Source of the DNA: the human T2T-CHM13v2.0 reference genome, Homo sapiens
Strand: one strand, 5' to 3'
Assembly (NCBI RefSeq): GCF_009914755.1
Contig: NC_060940.1
DNA length: 64,000 bases
Below are positions 48,833 through 63,165 of the stretch, piece after piece. The number at the start of each line of letters is the position of its first letter. Positions within the stretch are counted from its first letter, which is position 1. The notes under the pieces were generated by a model. It did no database searches. It was given only the letters and a program-made list of their open reading frames with translations, and had not been told where the DNA came from. A program made the position numbers and the translations under genes.

Positions 48833-49096
48833 CATACCCCTGAGAACAAGACCTAGCTTTATAACACTCCAAAAAACCACAAATTGAACAAAGGCAACCA
48901 CAACAATAAAAGAATTACTTATATCCCTAAGAACAACAGCTAGCTTTATAACACTCAGAATAGCCACAACTGTGCACAAAGGCAACCACAACAACAAAAT
49001 AATTACTTATATCCCTAACAACAAGAGCTAGTTTTATAACACTCAGAAAAGCCACAACCTTGCACAAAGGCAACCACAACAATAAAAGAATTATTT
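48833..49096. repeat. 88-bp tandem repeat, 3 copies
   Basis: aaggcaacca recurs at 48891, 48979 and 49067. Confidence 0.9.
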
Positions 49097-49233
49097 CTGT
49101 GAAAATATCTGCACAGCAACTGCCTGTCCAACCTTACACTGATGTCAACCTTGTTATTGATGCTTCTAGCCTGGGATCATTCTCATCAAAATGTCATTCA
49201 GATGCTGCGTATGACAAAAATTGTGTTTTTCAG

Positions 49234-49551
49234 TGCAGTCATGTTCTAGTAAAGCCCTCAGAGACCCTCTCCTTCACCTGTGCTGCCTCTGGATTTCTGA
49301 TCATAACCAGTACTTCCTCCTGGAGCTGGATCTGCCAGCCCCCAGGGAAGGAGCTGAAGTGGGTCAGGTGTGTAGGTCATGAGGAAGCACACAGTACCAC
49401 CCGCTTCTCAAGAGTCCAGTCACCACCTCCAGATACACATTCAGAAAGCAGTTTTTCCTACAGCTGAGCTACATGTGCAATGAGTACACCACCATGGATT
49501 TTTATACAAAAGACACAGAGGGGGAAGTCATTGTGAGGCCAGACACAAACC
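49234..49551 (+). pseudogene. Clan II (VH4-like) truncated pseudogene (IGHV(II)-15-1-like) with degenerate RSS
   Basis: [40 protein letters not shown], then a frameshift; CACAGAG (49514), 22 nt, ACACAAACC (49543); no leader. Confidence 0.85.
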
Positions 49552-49571
49552 TCCCTGCAGGGAAGCTCAGG

Positions 49572-49604
49572 ACACCAGGGGGTGCTCAGGTCACCAAGGG
49601 GCGC
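49572..49604 (+). promoter_or_regulatory. Two RSS-associated CTCF motif matches
   Basis: ACACCAGGGGGTGC (49572) and TCACCAAGGGGCGC (49591). Confidence 0.6.
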
Positions 49605-50662
49605 TCAGGACACATTAAGGCAGGTGCAAGAGGGGAAAAAAGGTGCTGGAGGTGGGGTTTTTCATCACTGACATATTTTACTCTCCACCATATTTATTCT
49701 AATGTATATTATTGTATTATTAGACAATGATATTTATATAAATATATAGCCATACGTAGGTGCACCAAGTTGTCCTCTCCATCTAATGTGGACCTTGTCC
49801 TTCAGGACTAAGTCCTTGTATATATTTGAGCACCTCATAAATTATGGTCAGTTATGTAGGATCTCTCACTTGTTCTGTGTCCCTTCCTCCCTCCTCTCTC
49901 ACACACAAACTGACACACACAAAGAGTTCTACAACTTTAATTACCTGATGTGTTGAAGAAAATGTATTGAAGTGCAGCTTTTTCAGTTTAACTGCTGTTC
50001 ACGTTGATGTAGGAATAAGAACATTGTCTTTCTCAACTGTGTAGTTCTCTAAGCTGAGTAGCACCTTTCTTTACAATACCCAGATACTGAAAGCAATCCA
50101 AATATTGATCAGCAGGTTAAGCAGTAAACACTTTGTTCTAAATTCATTCACTTGAATAATACCCACTGTTCAAACAAGTACTGCTGGAAATGAGCAACAA
50201 GGGTAAATTCACAAGTACTTATGACGAGTAACATAAACCAAAGAAATACAAGTACATACATACAGTTCCACTTTTATAAATTCTATAAAATGAAAACTAA
50301 TCTAAAGTTACATAATGAAAACCAGTAGTTGGCCGTGGTCATGGTATGAGAAGGGAAGGTGTAGGAAGTGGAAATTACAGGACAATGAGAGGAAATTTTG
50401 AGGATAATTTTTTCTGTATTGAGAAAAGTTATGGTTATGTCATTATTTGTTAAATGGTACACATTAAGGGAAGATTGTTACTTTCTAATTTCAACTTATT
50501 AAAATACTACAAATTTAAACATATATAATGTGGTAGAAAAGAATTTAGAGATGGGTAAAATATATGAGAAATAAAAAAGAAAATCTCAGAACGATGGCAT
50601 AAGGACTTCAATCATCAAACTAAAGAAATTTTAAATTTCTCAACACAGAATTAAAGATTCAT

Positions 50663-51670
50663 AAAACCAGCTCCTGGATCATTGATTTTTTGGAGCTGAT
50701 TTTCATGTCTTTATCTCCTTCAGTTCTGCTCTGATCTTAGTTATTTCTTCTCTTCTTCTAGCTTTTGAATTTGCTCTTGCTTCTCTAGTTCTTTTAATTT
50801 TGATGTTAGGGTGTCAGTTTTAGATCTTTCCTGCTTTCTCTTGTAGGCACCTAGTGCTATAAATTTCCCTCTACACACTGCTTTAAATGTGTCCCGGAGA
50901 TTCTCATATGTTGTGTCTTTGTTCTCATTGGTTTCAAAGATCATCTTTATTTCTGCCTTCATTTCTTTATTTACCCAGTAGACACTCAGGAACAGGTTTT
51001 TCAGTTTCCATGTAGTTGTGCAGTTTTGAGTGAATTTCTTCATCCTGAGTTCTAATTTGATTATTGCACTGTGGTCTGAGAGACTGTTTGTTATGATTTC
51101 TGTTCTTTTGCATTTGGCGAGGAGTGTATTACTTCCAATTATGTGGTCAGTTTTAGAATATGTGCGATGAGGTGCTGAGAAGAATGTATATTCTGTTGAC
51201 TTGGGGTGGAGAGTTCTGTAGATATCTATTAGGTCTGCTTCGTCCAGAGCTGACTTAAAGTCCTAAATATCCTTGTTAATTTTCTGTCTCATCGATCTGT
51301 CTAATATTGACAGCGGGGAGTTAAAGTCTCCCACTCTTGTTGTGTGGGAGTCTAAGTCTCTTTGTAGGTCTCTAAGGATTTCCTTTATGAATCTGGGTGC
51401 TCCTGTATTTGGTGCATATATATTTAGGGTATTTAGCTCTTCTTGTTGCATTGATCCCTTTACCATTATGCAGTGCCCTTCTTTGTCTCTTTTGATCTTT
51501 TTTGGTTTAAAATGTTTTATCAGAGATTAGGATTGCAACTCCTGCTTTTGTTTTCTTTCTTTCTTTTTTTTTTTTTTGCTTTCCATTTGCTTGGTAAATA
51601 TTCCTCCATCCCTTTATTTTGAGCCTATGTGTGTCTTTGCACATGAGATGGGTCTCCTGAATACAGCACA
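50663..51670 (-). mobile_element. L1PA7-like, inverted 5' segment (endonuclease region)
   Basis: Minus-strand L1 ORF2 EN peptides (MVKGSMQQEEL..., [19 protein letters not shown]). Confidence 0.92.
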
Positions 51671-54595
51671 TCAACAAAATAGATAGACAGTTAGCCATAT
51701 TGATAAAGAAGAAAAGAGAGAAGAATCAAATAGATGCAATAAAATGTAATATAGGGGATATCACTACTGATCCCACCGAAATACAAACTACCATCAGAGA
51801 ATACTATAAAAACCTCTATGCAAATACACTAGAAAATCTAGAAGAAATGGATAAATGCCTGGACACATACACCGTCCCAAGTCTAAAGCAGGAAGAAGTC
51901 GAATCCCTGAATAGAACAATAACAAATTCTGAAATTGAGGCAGTAATTAATAGCATACCAACCAAAAAAAGTCCAGGACCAGATGGATTCACAGCCAAAT
52001 TCTACCAGAGGTACAAAGAGGAACTGTTACCATTCCTTCTGAAACTATTTCAAACAATAGAAAAAGAGGGACTCCTCTCTAACTCTTTTTATGAAGCCAG
52101 CATCATCCTGATACCAAAACCTGGCAGAGACATAACAAAAAAAAAAAAGTTCAGGCCAATATCCCTGATGAACATCAATGCACCAATTCTCAATAAAATA
52201 CTGGCAAACTGAATCCAGCAGCACATCAAAAAGCTTATCCACCACGATCAAGTCGGCTTCATCCCTGGGATGCAAGGCTGTTTCAACATATGCAAATCAA
52301 TAAATGTAATCCATCACATAAACAGAACCAATGACAGAAACCACATGATTATCTCAATAGATGCAGAAAAGGACTTCAACAAAATTCAACACCACTTCAT
52401 GCTAAAAACTCAATACTCTAGGTATCCATGGAATGTATCTCAAAATAATAAAAGCTATTTATGGCAAACCCACAGCCAATATCATATGGAATGGGCAAAA
52501 ACTGGAAGCATTTACTTTGAAAACCAGCAGAAGACAACGATGCCTCTCTCACCACTCCAATTCAACATAGTATTGAGAGATCTGGCCAGGGTAATCAGGC
52601 AAGAGAAAGAAATAAATTGTATAAAAATAGGAAAAGAGGAAGTCAGATTGTCTCTGCGTGCAGATGACACGATTGTATATTTAGAAAACCCCATCGTCTC
52701 AGCCCAAAATCTCCTTAAGCTGATAAGCAACTTCAGCAAAGTCTCAGGATACAAAATCAATGTGCAAAAATCACAAGCATTTCTATAACCCAATAAAAGA
52801 AGAACAGAGAGCCAAATCAATCATGAGTGAACTCCCACTCAAAATTGCTACAAAGAAAATAAAATACCTAGGAATACAACTTACAAGGGATGTGAAGGAT
52901 CTCTTCAGGGAGAACTACAAACCACTGCTCAAGGAAATAAGAGAGGACCCAAACAAATGGAAAAACATTCCATGCTCATGAATAAGAAGAATAAATATCA
53001 TGAAAATGGCCATATTGCCCAAAGCAATTTATAGATTGAATGCTGTCCCCATCAAACTACCAATGACTTTCTTCACAGAATTGGAAAAAACTATTTTAAA
53101 GTTCATATGGAACCAAAAAAAATCCTGCATAGCCATGACAATCCTAAGCAAAAAAAAAAAAAAAAAAACAAAGCTGGAGGCATCATGCTACCTGACTTCA
53201 AACTATACTACAAGGCTACAGTAACTGAAACAGCATGGTACTGGTACCAAAACAGATATATACACCAATGGAACAGAGCAGAGGCCTCCCAAATAACACC
53301 ACACATCTACAACCATCTGATCTTTGACAATCTTGACACAAACAAACAATGGGGAAAGAATTCCGGAACTATTTAATAAGTGGTGTTGGGAAAACTGGCA
53401 AGCCATATACAAAAAACTGAAACTGGACCCCCTTCCTTACAGCTTATACAAAAATTAACTCAAGATGGATGAAAGACTTATCAAGACCTGAAACCATAAA
53501 AATCCTAGAAGAAAATCTAGGCAATACCATTCAGGACATAGGCATGGGCAAAGACTTCAAGTCTAAAACACCAAAAGCAATGGCAACAAAAGCTAATACT
53601 GATAAATGAGATATAATTAAAGTAAAGTGCTTCTGCACAGCAAAAGAAACTATCATCAGAGTGAACAGGCAACCTACAGAATGGGAGAAAATTTTTGCAA
53701 TCTATCCATCTGACAAAGGGCTAACATCCAGAATCTACAACAAATTTACAAGAAAAAAAAACTCATCAAAAAGTAGGTGAAGGATACGAACAGACATTTC
53801 TCGAAAGAAGACATTTATGCAGCCAAAAAAACATGAAAAAATCCTCCTCATCACTGGTCATTAGAGAAATGCAAATCAAAACCACAGTGAGATACCATCT
53901 CACACCAGTTAGAATGGTGACCATTAAATAGGAAACAACAAATGCTGGAGAGGATGTGGAGAAATAGTAACATTTTTACACTGTTGGTGGGAGTGTAAAT
54001 AAGTTCATCCATTGTGGAAGACAGTGTGGCGATTCCTCAAGGATCTAGAACTAGAAATACCATTTGACCCAGCAATCCCATTACTTGGTATGTACCCCAA
54101 GGATTATAAGTCATTCTACTACAAAGACACATGCACCCGTGTGTTTATTGCGGCACTATTCCCAATAGCAAAGACTTGAAACCAACCCAAATGTCCATCA
54201 ATAATAGACTGGATAAAGAAAATGTGGCACATATACACCATGGAATACTATGCAGCCATAAAAAAGGATGAGTTCATGTCCTTTGCAGGGACATGGATGA
54301 AGCTGACAACCATCATTCTCAGCAAACTAACAGAAGAACAGAAAACCAGACACTGCTGTTTTCACTCGTAAGTGGTAGTTGAACCATGAGACCACATGGA
54401 CACAGGGAGGGGAATATCACACACTGAGGCCTGTCAGGAGGTAAAGGGCTAGGGGAGGGATAGCATTAGGAAAAATACCTAAGGTAGATGGCAGGTTGAT
54501 GGGTGCAGCAAACAACCATGGCGTGTGTATACCTATGTAACAAAACTGCACATTCTGCACATGTACCCCAGAACGTAAAGTATAATTTAAAGAAA
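51670..54595 (+). mobile_element. L1PA7-like, sense 3' segment
   Basis: RT and C-terminal ORF2 fragments; 3' UTR gatgggtgcagcaaacaaccatggcgtgtgtatacctatgtaacaaaactgcacattctgcacatgtaccccagaac. Confidence 0.92.
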
Positions 54596-57500
54596 GGATT
54601 ACATATTCCATTAAATATATATGAGAAATCAGTGACTCCTGAATATACACATGAATACACGCTGGGTCTACCTGTATTTTTAGGGAAACACTAGAATACA
54701 GCAAAATAATGTCATGATTTTATTAAAAATGGGGGTTTATCAAACCACACCAGGCATGTCCAGCTCTGTCCTGGAGTTGGTTCAGGGAACAGGTGGGTCC
54801 TGTGTTTAGCAGCCATGACAACAAGCTCACAGCGTCAGTTCTAGTTGACACCTCAAAAAGGCGAAGGGATCTCAACTAAAATGTCATGTGGATGTCACAT
54901 CTGTGGGTGCTGCGTACTCCCTCGATGTGAATATGGAAAAGTTAATTACCTCTTGAGGCATCTGTTGAGATTAGTGCTGGTCTCTAAGGAACACCCAAAA
55001 TGGCTCAATAGAGCCAGAAAGCAGACTGGCTCAGGGCTTTTGTGATGGTTTCGTGGTGGGTCAGAGTGAGGCTTCCCACTCACAGGAAGGGGATTGCACA
55101 GCGTGAAACACCCACTGGTGTCAAATGAGGAAGCTCCTGCGATTCCTAACTAGATTCACATTGTGTGATAAAAGACACACAATAGACATAACTTCATGGT
55201 CGGATATCACAAAATGCTGTTAAAAGATGTGGTAAAAAGGCAACTTTAAATTTTTAGTCATTGGAGTGTGTATAACACAAAAATCATTTTCAATATTTTG
55301 TAACACATGCATGCAATAGGACAAAGGTATGTGATGAGGGTAAAATCTCGAAAGTGTGAATCTTCCAGCTACCAAGTCATAGGGTAATAACTGATGTGTG
55401 CTGAGGGAGGAAACCATCATGCCATAGTGCTAATGGTATAACCCTTGGTGAAGAGAGTTCAATATTTTATTGAAGTTTTCATAATTTTTATTTGAAGATG
55501 CCATTTTTCAACATATTCAGATGATTGTGAGTACCATTGATTCTGTATCATATGAACAATGGCAATACCTTCCATGTTTACATAATATTAAAAACCATGT
55601 TAAGACTGAATATTTGGTGTAATGGTGCATCACATTATTCTAGCTTCCATACTAGTTGTTTTATTTGTTTGTTTTCTCCTTTGTTGGCATTTGGTTTCAA
55701 ATTCATATGTCAGGTCTCTATAATGTAGGAATTTATTTAAAAGTGTCTTTTTTTGTCCATTTTGATGGGGCTTCTAGGAGACATAAGAACCTCCTCTGCT
55801 TGCAACACATTTCAAAATTACACACTAATGTAGAACATCTGTATTTAATCCTGGTTTTTAGTTAATTGACAAGCTCTAATAAGAGAAGTAACTTCTCCAT
55901 TCTGGGCTGATTTTACATCAGGTATAGGAATATACCCTAGGTGAAAGTTTGTACCAGTAATATGAATTATTAGGTAATAACCTCCACCTTTATGATTTAG
56001 GTGTTATTCATCAAGAAATAGTGTTAAATCAGGAGTCTCAATGAAAGTATTACTTAAGGGATATACAAAATATGTTGCTAATCTACATAAAACAGATGTG
56101 AACACACTCTTAGTATCCAGCCATGTTTCCTGTCAACCACACAGTAACTTTGACTTCACTTGGGACTTGTTCTAATTTTCAAATTAGTTACTTATTAATC
56201 TTAATGCTTCTAGATATTATGTGTGACTATTTTAGCAGAGAGTGAAGAAAGACAACCTAGGCTGACTACACAATGAGGAAAATCACAACCTGATGAAACA
56301 GGAAGCCTCTGGAAGTGAGTGGCTCCAGGATTGAATAATTTGACAGCTCATGTGCCCAAGAAGTTTCTTTTCTCAATTTTCCACACTGATGCATCCAGAA
56401 AGTCAGCTTCACCCCTCAGGTGACTCCCATCATGCAGTTACATGGTGACAATATTCCCATGGTCACATACATATTTTATATATTGGCTGGAAAAGGGGCA
56501 GAGACAGTTCTGCAATTCTCCTCTGAAGGACCAGGAACACCTGAACAGACCACCTCCCCTGCCCCCATGACTAGAACTGCACCACGTGCCCACATGGATA
56601 CTCATCCCTGATGGGGATAATAAGACTCCATTGATGAGGCCAACTATTTTAGCATATAAATTAGTAAATACTGATATAAAGGTTTCAACAACTAATTGAA
56701 GTGTGTTCTTCTATGTCCACCAGAGACTACAGATGCTCCAGTGATACCTTGTTTTTCTTTGCTGCGTGACTGTGTCTCTTCTCCTTGTTCCATCCTCCAG
56801 AGAATCTCTTTCAGCTCCCACAGGTGCATTCCTCTGTTATATGTAACTGACAATTGATAAATTAGTGGAAGCCCTTACACTGAAGGAAGAGTCTCTGACC
56901 TCATCTCGGTCCATATTCCTAGAAAGGCATTGTGCCCGTAAGTCTGGGTGTGACCTTCTGAGTGTTCCTGACCCTTCTCCAGATGAGATGCTCATCTGTG
57001 TGTTCTTGTCCCTTCCACTGGGGTACAGCCCCCCTGTTTCCCCCAGGTGTTCCCTCCCACAGCTCCAGTGTTCCCCATCAGTGTCATCACCTCCCAGATC
57101 TGCTGCCCTGCCCTGCAGACGAAAGCTCTGATTCCATAAGAAAGAGAGTTGTGTCTCAACAGAACTTCGTGGCAGTGACCTCTGTTCCCATCTCAATTCC
57201 TGAGGAGTTGCACCAGTGCCCCTAGGGTACTGGTTTTGGTGGTTCCCCTGCAAAGTAATTTTTAGTTCTGTAGTGGATATAAGGGAGTCGAGTCTGAATG
57301 CCTTTCAAAAATGGGGGCTCTTGTTCTCTCCCAGACAGACACTTTGGGAAAGGAAGATTTTGTGACTGCCCCTTTTTTGGGGAAAGGGATTCAAGAGGAT
57401 AGAAAAGCTCTTCAGTATGTGGTCCCTTAGAATTTCAAACTACAACAAGCTAACCATATTCAATTTCAAGCAATCCCATATATATTTGTATTTTTATCTT

Positions 57501-58880
57501 TAACAGCCTATATTTCATATGCCAGACTCTGCCTTAGGTAATCTCATATGCTGGCTTTGTTACTCTCTACAAGAACTTGCTTCTTGTTAAATTTAAGATT
57601 TTTTTTAACTTCAGTTATCCTAAGCATTCAGAAATTTGCAAAATTTCATCTTGACTGTTTATCTGTTATTGTTGATGTAGTTGTAAGAAAAAAAGAAAAT
57701 ATATTCCTCATTTATGTACATTTTCAAGTTGAGTAGTAGATTTTTAGTACTACCAGAGTAATAAAATAATTTGAACATTGTTAAGCTGCTTAACAGAAAA
57801 TCAAATTATGGTAAATTTGTTCAATGGAATACTACACAACATTTATAATAAATAATTGTCTGATACATGCAACAAGAAGGTAAAATATCTAAGTACTTTT
57901 GCTGAGTAAAATAAACCAGACAAATGAGAAGATTTACCATATAATTTCATTTATATAAATTCTGGAAAATAAAAACTGAACTTAAGCAATATAACAACAA
58001 GGTAAAATATCTAAGTATTGATGTTCAGGAAAATAAAGCAAACAAGAATATGTACTATGTTATTCCATTTTAATAAATTCTGATAAATTAAATTGAATCT
58101 ACAGCAATATAAAGAAGATCAGAATTTACCATTTGGGGAAATGGTAGAAGAAGGGAAGAGGAAAGGAGGAGGAATATGGAAGAATGAGAGGGAAATTTTG
58201 AGAATTTTCTGGTTCACCTTGATAACTAGGATGGTTACATCAGGTTTATCAATTGTACACTTTAAATATGTGAAGTTTATTATCAGTAAACTGAAATTTA
58301 TAAAATTTATTACCAGCAAACAAATGAAAACTTGCACAAGAAGTAAGTGATATAAAGATAGAAAAAATACTAAATTTCAGAAACACCTAATAATTTATCT
58401 TCGTGAACCCTAGTTCTCACCATATTTTTAGGTGAATGCTAGAATGCAGCAAAATTACACATGTTCTCAATACAGAAAGTGGGTTTCACAAACCACACTA
58501 GGCATGCCCAGCTCTGTCCTGGAGTTGGGTTAGGGAGTAATATAGGGCCAGTGGATGAGGAGCACAGGCCCAGATACTGGGGCTCACTAACCTCAGGTAT
58601 GAGCTCTTAGATACATACAAAGCCCCTCCACGTATGGGTTTACTTCACCATCTGTAAATAGAGAAACCATTGACCCCTAAAAATATGATTTACACAAATA
58701 TGTAAAAATGTAAGAGAGTGATTAGTGCAAAGTGTTTATCACAGCACAATTTCCTAATAAGACAGCAAGTTTTCCAAACACCATCATTGTCATCAGATTC
58801 TTGCAGGGCATCATTACCTTATCTGGGCACTGCCCTCTGCTCAGGCGTCCCACCCCAGAGCTTGCTATATAGTAGGTGAC

Positions 58881-58888
58881 ATGCAAAT
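58881..58888 (+). promoter_or_regulatory. VH promoter octamer
   Basis: ATGCAAAT 126 bp upstream of the leader ATG. Confidence 0.9.
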
Positions 58889-59014
58889 AGGGCCCTCCCT
58901 CTCCTGATGAAAACCAGCCCAGTCCTGACCCTGCAGCTCTGGGAGACGAGCCCCAGCCTTGGGATTCCCAAGTATTTTCATTCAGTGATCAGGACTGAAC
59001 ACACAGGAATCACC

Positions 59015-59818
<804 letters not shown>

Positions 59819-59857
59819 CACAGTGGGGGGAGGTCAGTGTGAGCCCAGACACAAACC
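59819..59857 (+). other. 23-RSS (intact)
   Basis: CACAGTG, 23 nt, ACACAAACC. Confidence 0.93.
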
Positions 59858-59878
59858 TCCCTGCAGGGGCGCGCGGGG

Positions 59879-59892
59879 CAACCAGGGGGCGC
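59879..59892 (+). promoter_or_regulatory. RSS-associated CTCF motif
   Basis: CAACCAGGGGGCGC 21 bp after the nonamer, in a CpG-retaining patch. Confidence 0.7.
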
Positions 59893-60769
59893 TCGGGACC
59901 CACTGAGGACGGGACAGGTCCCAGGAGCAGGTGCCGGGAGAGGTTTCCTTTCTCCTCAGCTGGAAAAGTCACGTTTATCTTCGCAGGACTCTGGAGTCTT
60001 CTAGGCTGTGATATTTTGTTACTTATATTTATTATGAACTTTATCATTAATATTTAAATTTTAGTAATTATTAACATTCTACATATTATTATATTTTTAA
60101 GTATATACTTTCAAGAAATAAACATTCCTAATTGTTTGCACTGATTCTTCCAGAGTTTTATTAACATTTGTTGACATCAGCAACTACATAGCTATAGGGA
60201 CAAAAATTTATACCCATAGAAAGATGTATAAATACACAGACCAATGCATATATATGTAGGCATTTGTATTAAATATTACAATGAAATGATAAAAAAAGTT
60301 TGAAAAAATCAAACTTAATTAACTACATTATTAACTTTTAATTATTAAATTATTACAGTAATTCATAATTGATTTCCCAGATTTTCAATTGTTTACATAA
60401 ATTGGTTTCTATTGGTTCATTTAAAATAGTACATTGGTCATTTTAAAGAGCTAAGAGTAAATGTTAAATGTTGTCACAATAAAAGATAAAAATTTGAAAC
60501 AATGAATGATAATTATATCAGTTATTTCTTAATTATCTTAGTTATTTCATATTGTATTAACAAATCATAACATTGCCCTTTACCATGTACATATAAACAA
60601 CCATAATTTGTAAATTTGCAATAAAATTTTTATTGTAATTTTTTATATTTATCCCAGATTATAATCTTTTTCTTCACTTCCAGATCTCACTGGATTGTCT
60701 CAAGGGCCCCATCCACACCACTGATCCCTGATGAAAGGCTCTAGGCTGTGGCCGGGAGAGGCAGTCTCT

Positions 60770-61045
60770 TCTTCCAGAGCACACTCTGTTTGATGGGAGA
60801 TGTCATCTCTGCCCTCGAGGAGCCCCAGCTGATGGGGGAGCTTTTGCCCTTAGGAAGCTCTCAGTCTGATGGGGAAGACGCTGTCCCTGCCCTCAGGAGG
60901 CTCTTGGTCTGAGAGGGGAGACATAATTCATTCTCTCTGAGTGCCCTCAGTCTGATGGGGGAGACACCGTCCCTGCCCTCAGGAGGCTCCCAGTCTGATG
61001 GGGGAATATTGGCTCTGTCCTCAGGAGCCCAGTCTAAGGAGAGTG
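60770..61045. repeat. ~40-bp degenerate tandem repeat, ~6 copies (L2-like core)
   Basis: Recurrent cagtctgatggggga...ccctgccctcaggag. Confidence 0.7.
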
Positions 61046-61254
61046 TCTCAGCCCCACTCCTGAGGGTAAGGATTCCATGGCCACAGTCTGGACAGTGGGC
61101 CAGTCACACTTGACAGTGGGCATGTTGCCAGCAGGACCCTTTGGGATGTGTCTGAGCCTGGAGGTGAGTGGCACGGGGGCTGGCAAGGCTAGGGTGGAGG
61201 CAAGCAGGTTCCGCTGTCTGCCGCCTTCACACCTTTCTCCTTCCACATGCATAG

Positions 61255-62015
61255 ATGAGCCCACCAGCCCCAGCACTGACCTCCAAGCCAGGCATGTCCC
61301 TGCTTTTGCTGTGGTCTCCAGTGCCATGAACTCAGCCGCTGTCCTGGGCACCAGCCCATCTTCCCCGACCTTCACCTTCACCCTCGGACGGCATTACTCG
61401 CGGGACTGCAGTGAGCGCTCCCCACACCCCCAGCCCCACCCTTTCCCTCGCTGCCCAGTCCCAGGGGTCTCTGTTGGGTCTGCTGCTTGATGCCTGGCCT
61501 CTTCCTCTGGTTTCCGCTTCTCCTGGGGCACCTTGGAAGAGTCACCTCCTGCCCCTGCCTAGAAGGGAGGGCTCTGGGAAGCCCCTGACCTGCTGCCCCG
61601 CTGACCCTGAGGCCCGATGCGGGCGGCTTTGCAGGCAGCATCAAAGCTGGCCGCCGCTCCTCCTACCTGCTGGCCATCACCACGGAGCGCTCCAAGTCCT
61701 GCGATGATGGACTCAACACCTTCCGCGACGAGGGCCAGGTTCTGCGGTGAGGCCCTGTCTGGACATGGGGTGGGGTGGCCACAGCCACCCTGGCCAGCTG
61801 CTCTGGGGCAGGGCTTTTGGCCTTGGGGGTCCTCTATGCATGGGACAGTGTGCCTCCCCCGCTGGAAGGCTTCTGGGCTTGGGGTTTGGTGGGTGACGAG
61901 ATAGTGAGGTCCCAGCTTTGCTGCCCACATCCCTCACCCTCCACCCTTGCTTCCCAGGCACCTGCCAAACCGCATACCCAGCCTGCCGTTGCTCCGGAGC
62001 TTCTTCACAGACGGG
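61255..62015 (+). pseudogene. Unprocessed partial duplicate of ARHGAP23 (ARHGAP23P-type); exons 61255-61410, 61635-61746, 61958-62015
   Basis: AG/GT-bounded exons splice to (D)[109 protein letters not shown] recognise this as the ARHGAP23 segment just before the PH domain. Upstream exons are absent. Confidence 0.85.
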
Positions 62016-62494
62016 GTGAGTTGCAGGTCTGTGTGTGTGCGCAGGAGTGAGGGTGTGGGGAGAGAGGGTGTCAGGGAGGTGGGGCCACAGCCTCGGCATG
62101 GGGGTTCCTGCTCCAGCTCCTGCCTTCCCCCTCCTCCCTGCACCCCTCACCCTTGTGTCCACCGCGGGACCAGCCCTCTGCTGTGGGCCCCGACATCCCT
62201 GAATGACACCATGCAGCCCCACCCAGGGGCCCCCGTCTGGACTGCCTCTTTCCAGACCCATCCCCCATAGCCACACGACTCACTTCTCCACTGTCTTTGC
62301 AGCTTTTTAGGTCTTCCCTGAAATTCCAGCCTCCACTCCTGACATTTCATGCCTCCCTTCGCTACTCTGTTTTCCTCCTCAGCACGCCTCATGCACAATT
62401 GGTGTTTCTCTTCCTCCCTGCCTGGCTCCCCAGCTAGAATAGAAGCTCCCCGAGCTTATATTTGGGGCTTCATTTGTTTCCTTCACTACCCTGA

Positions 62495-63165
<671 letters not shown>

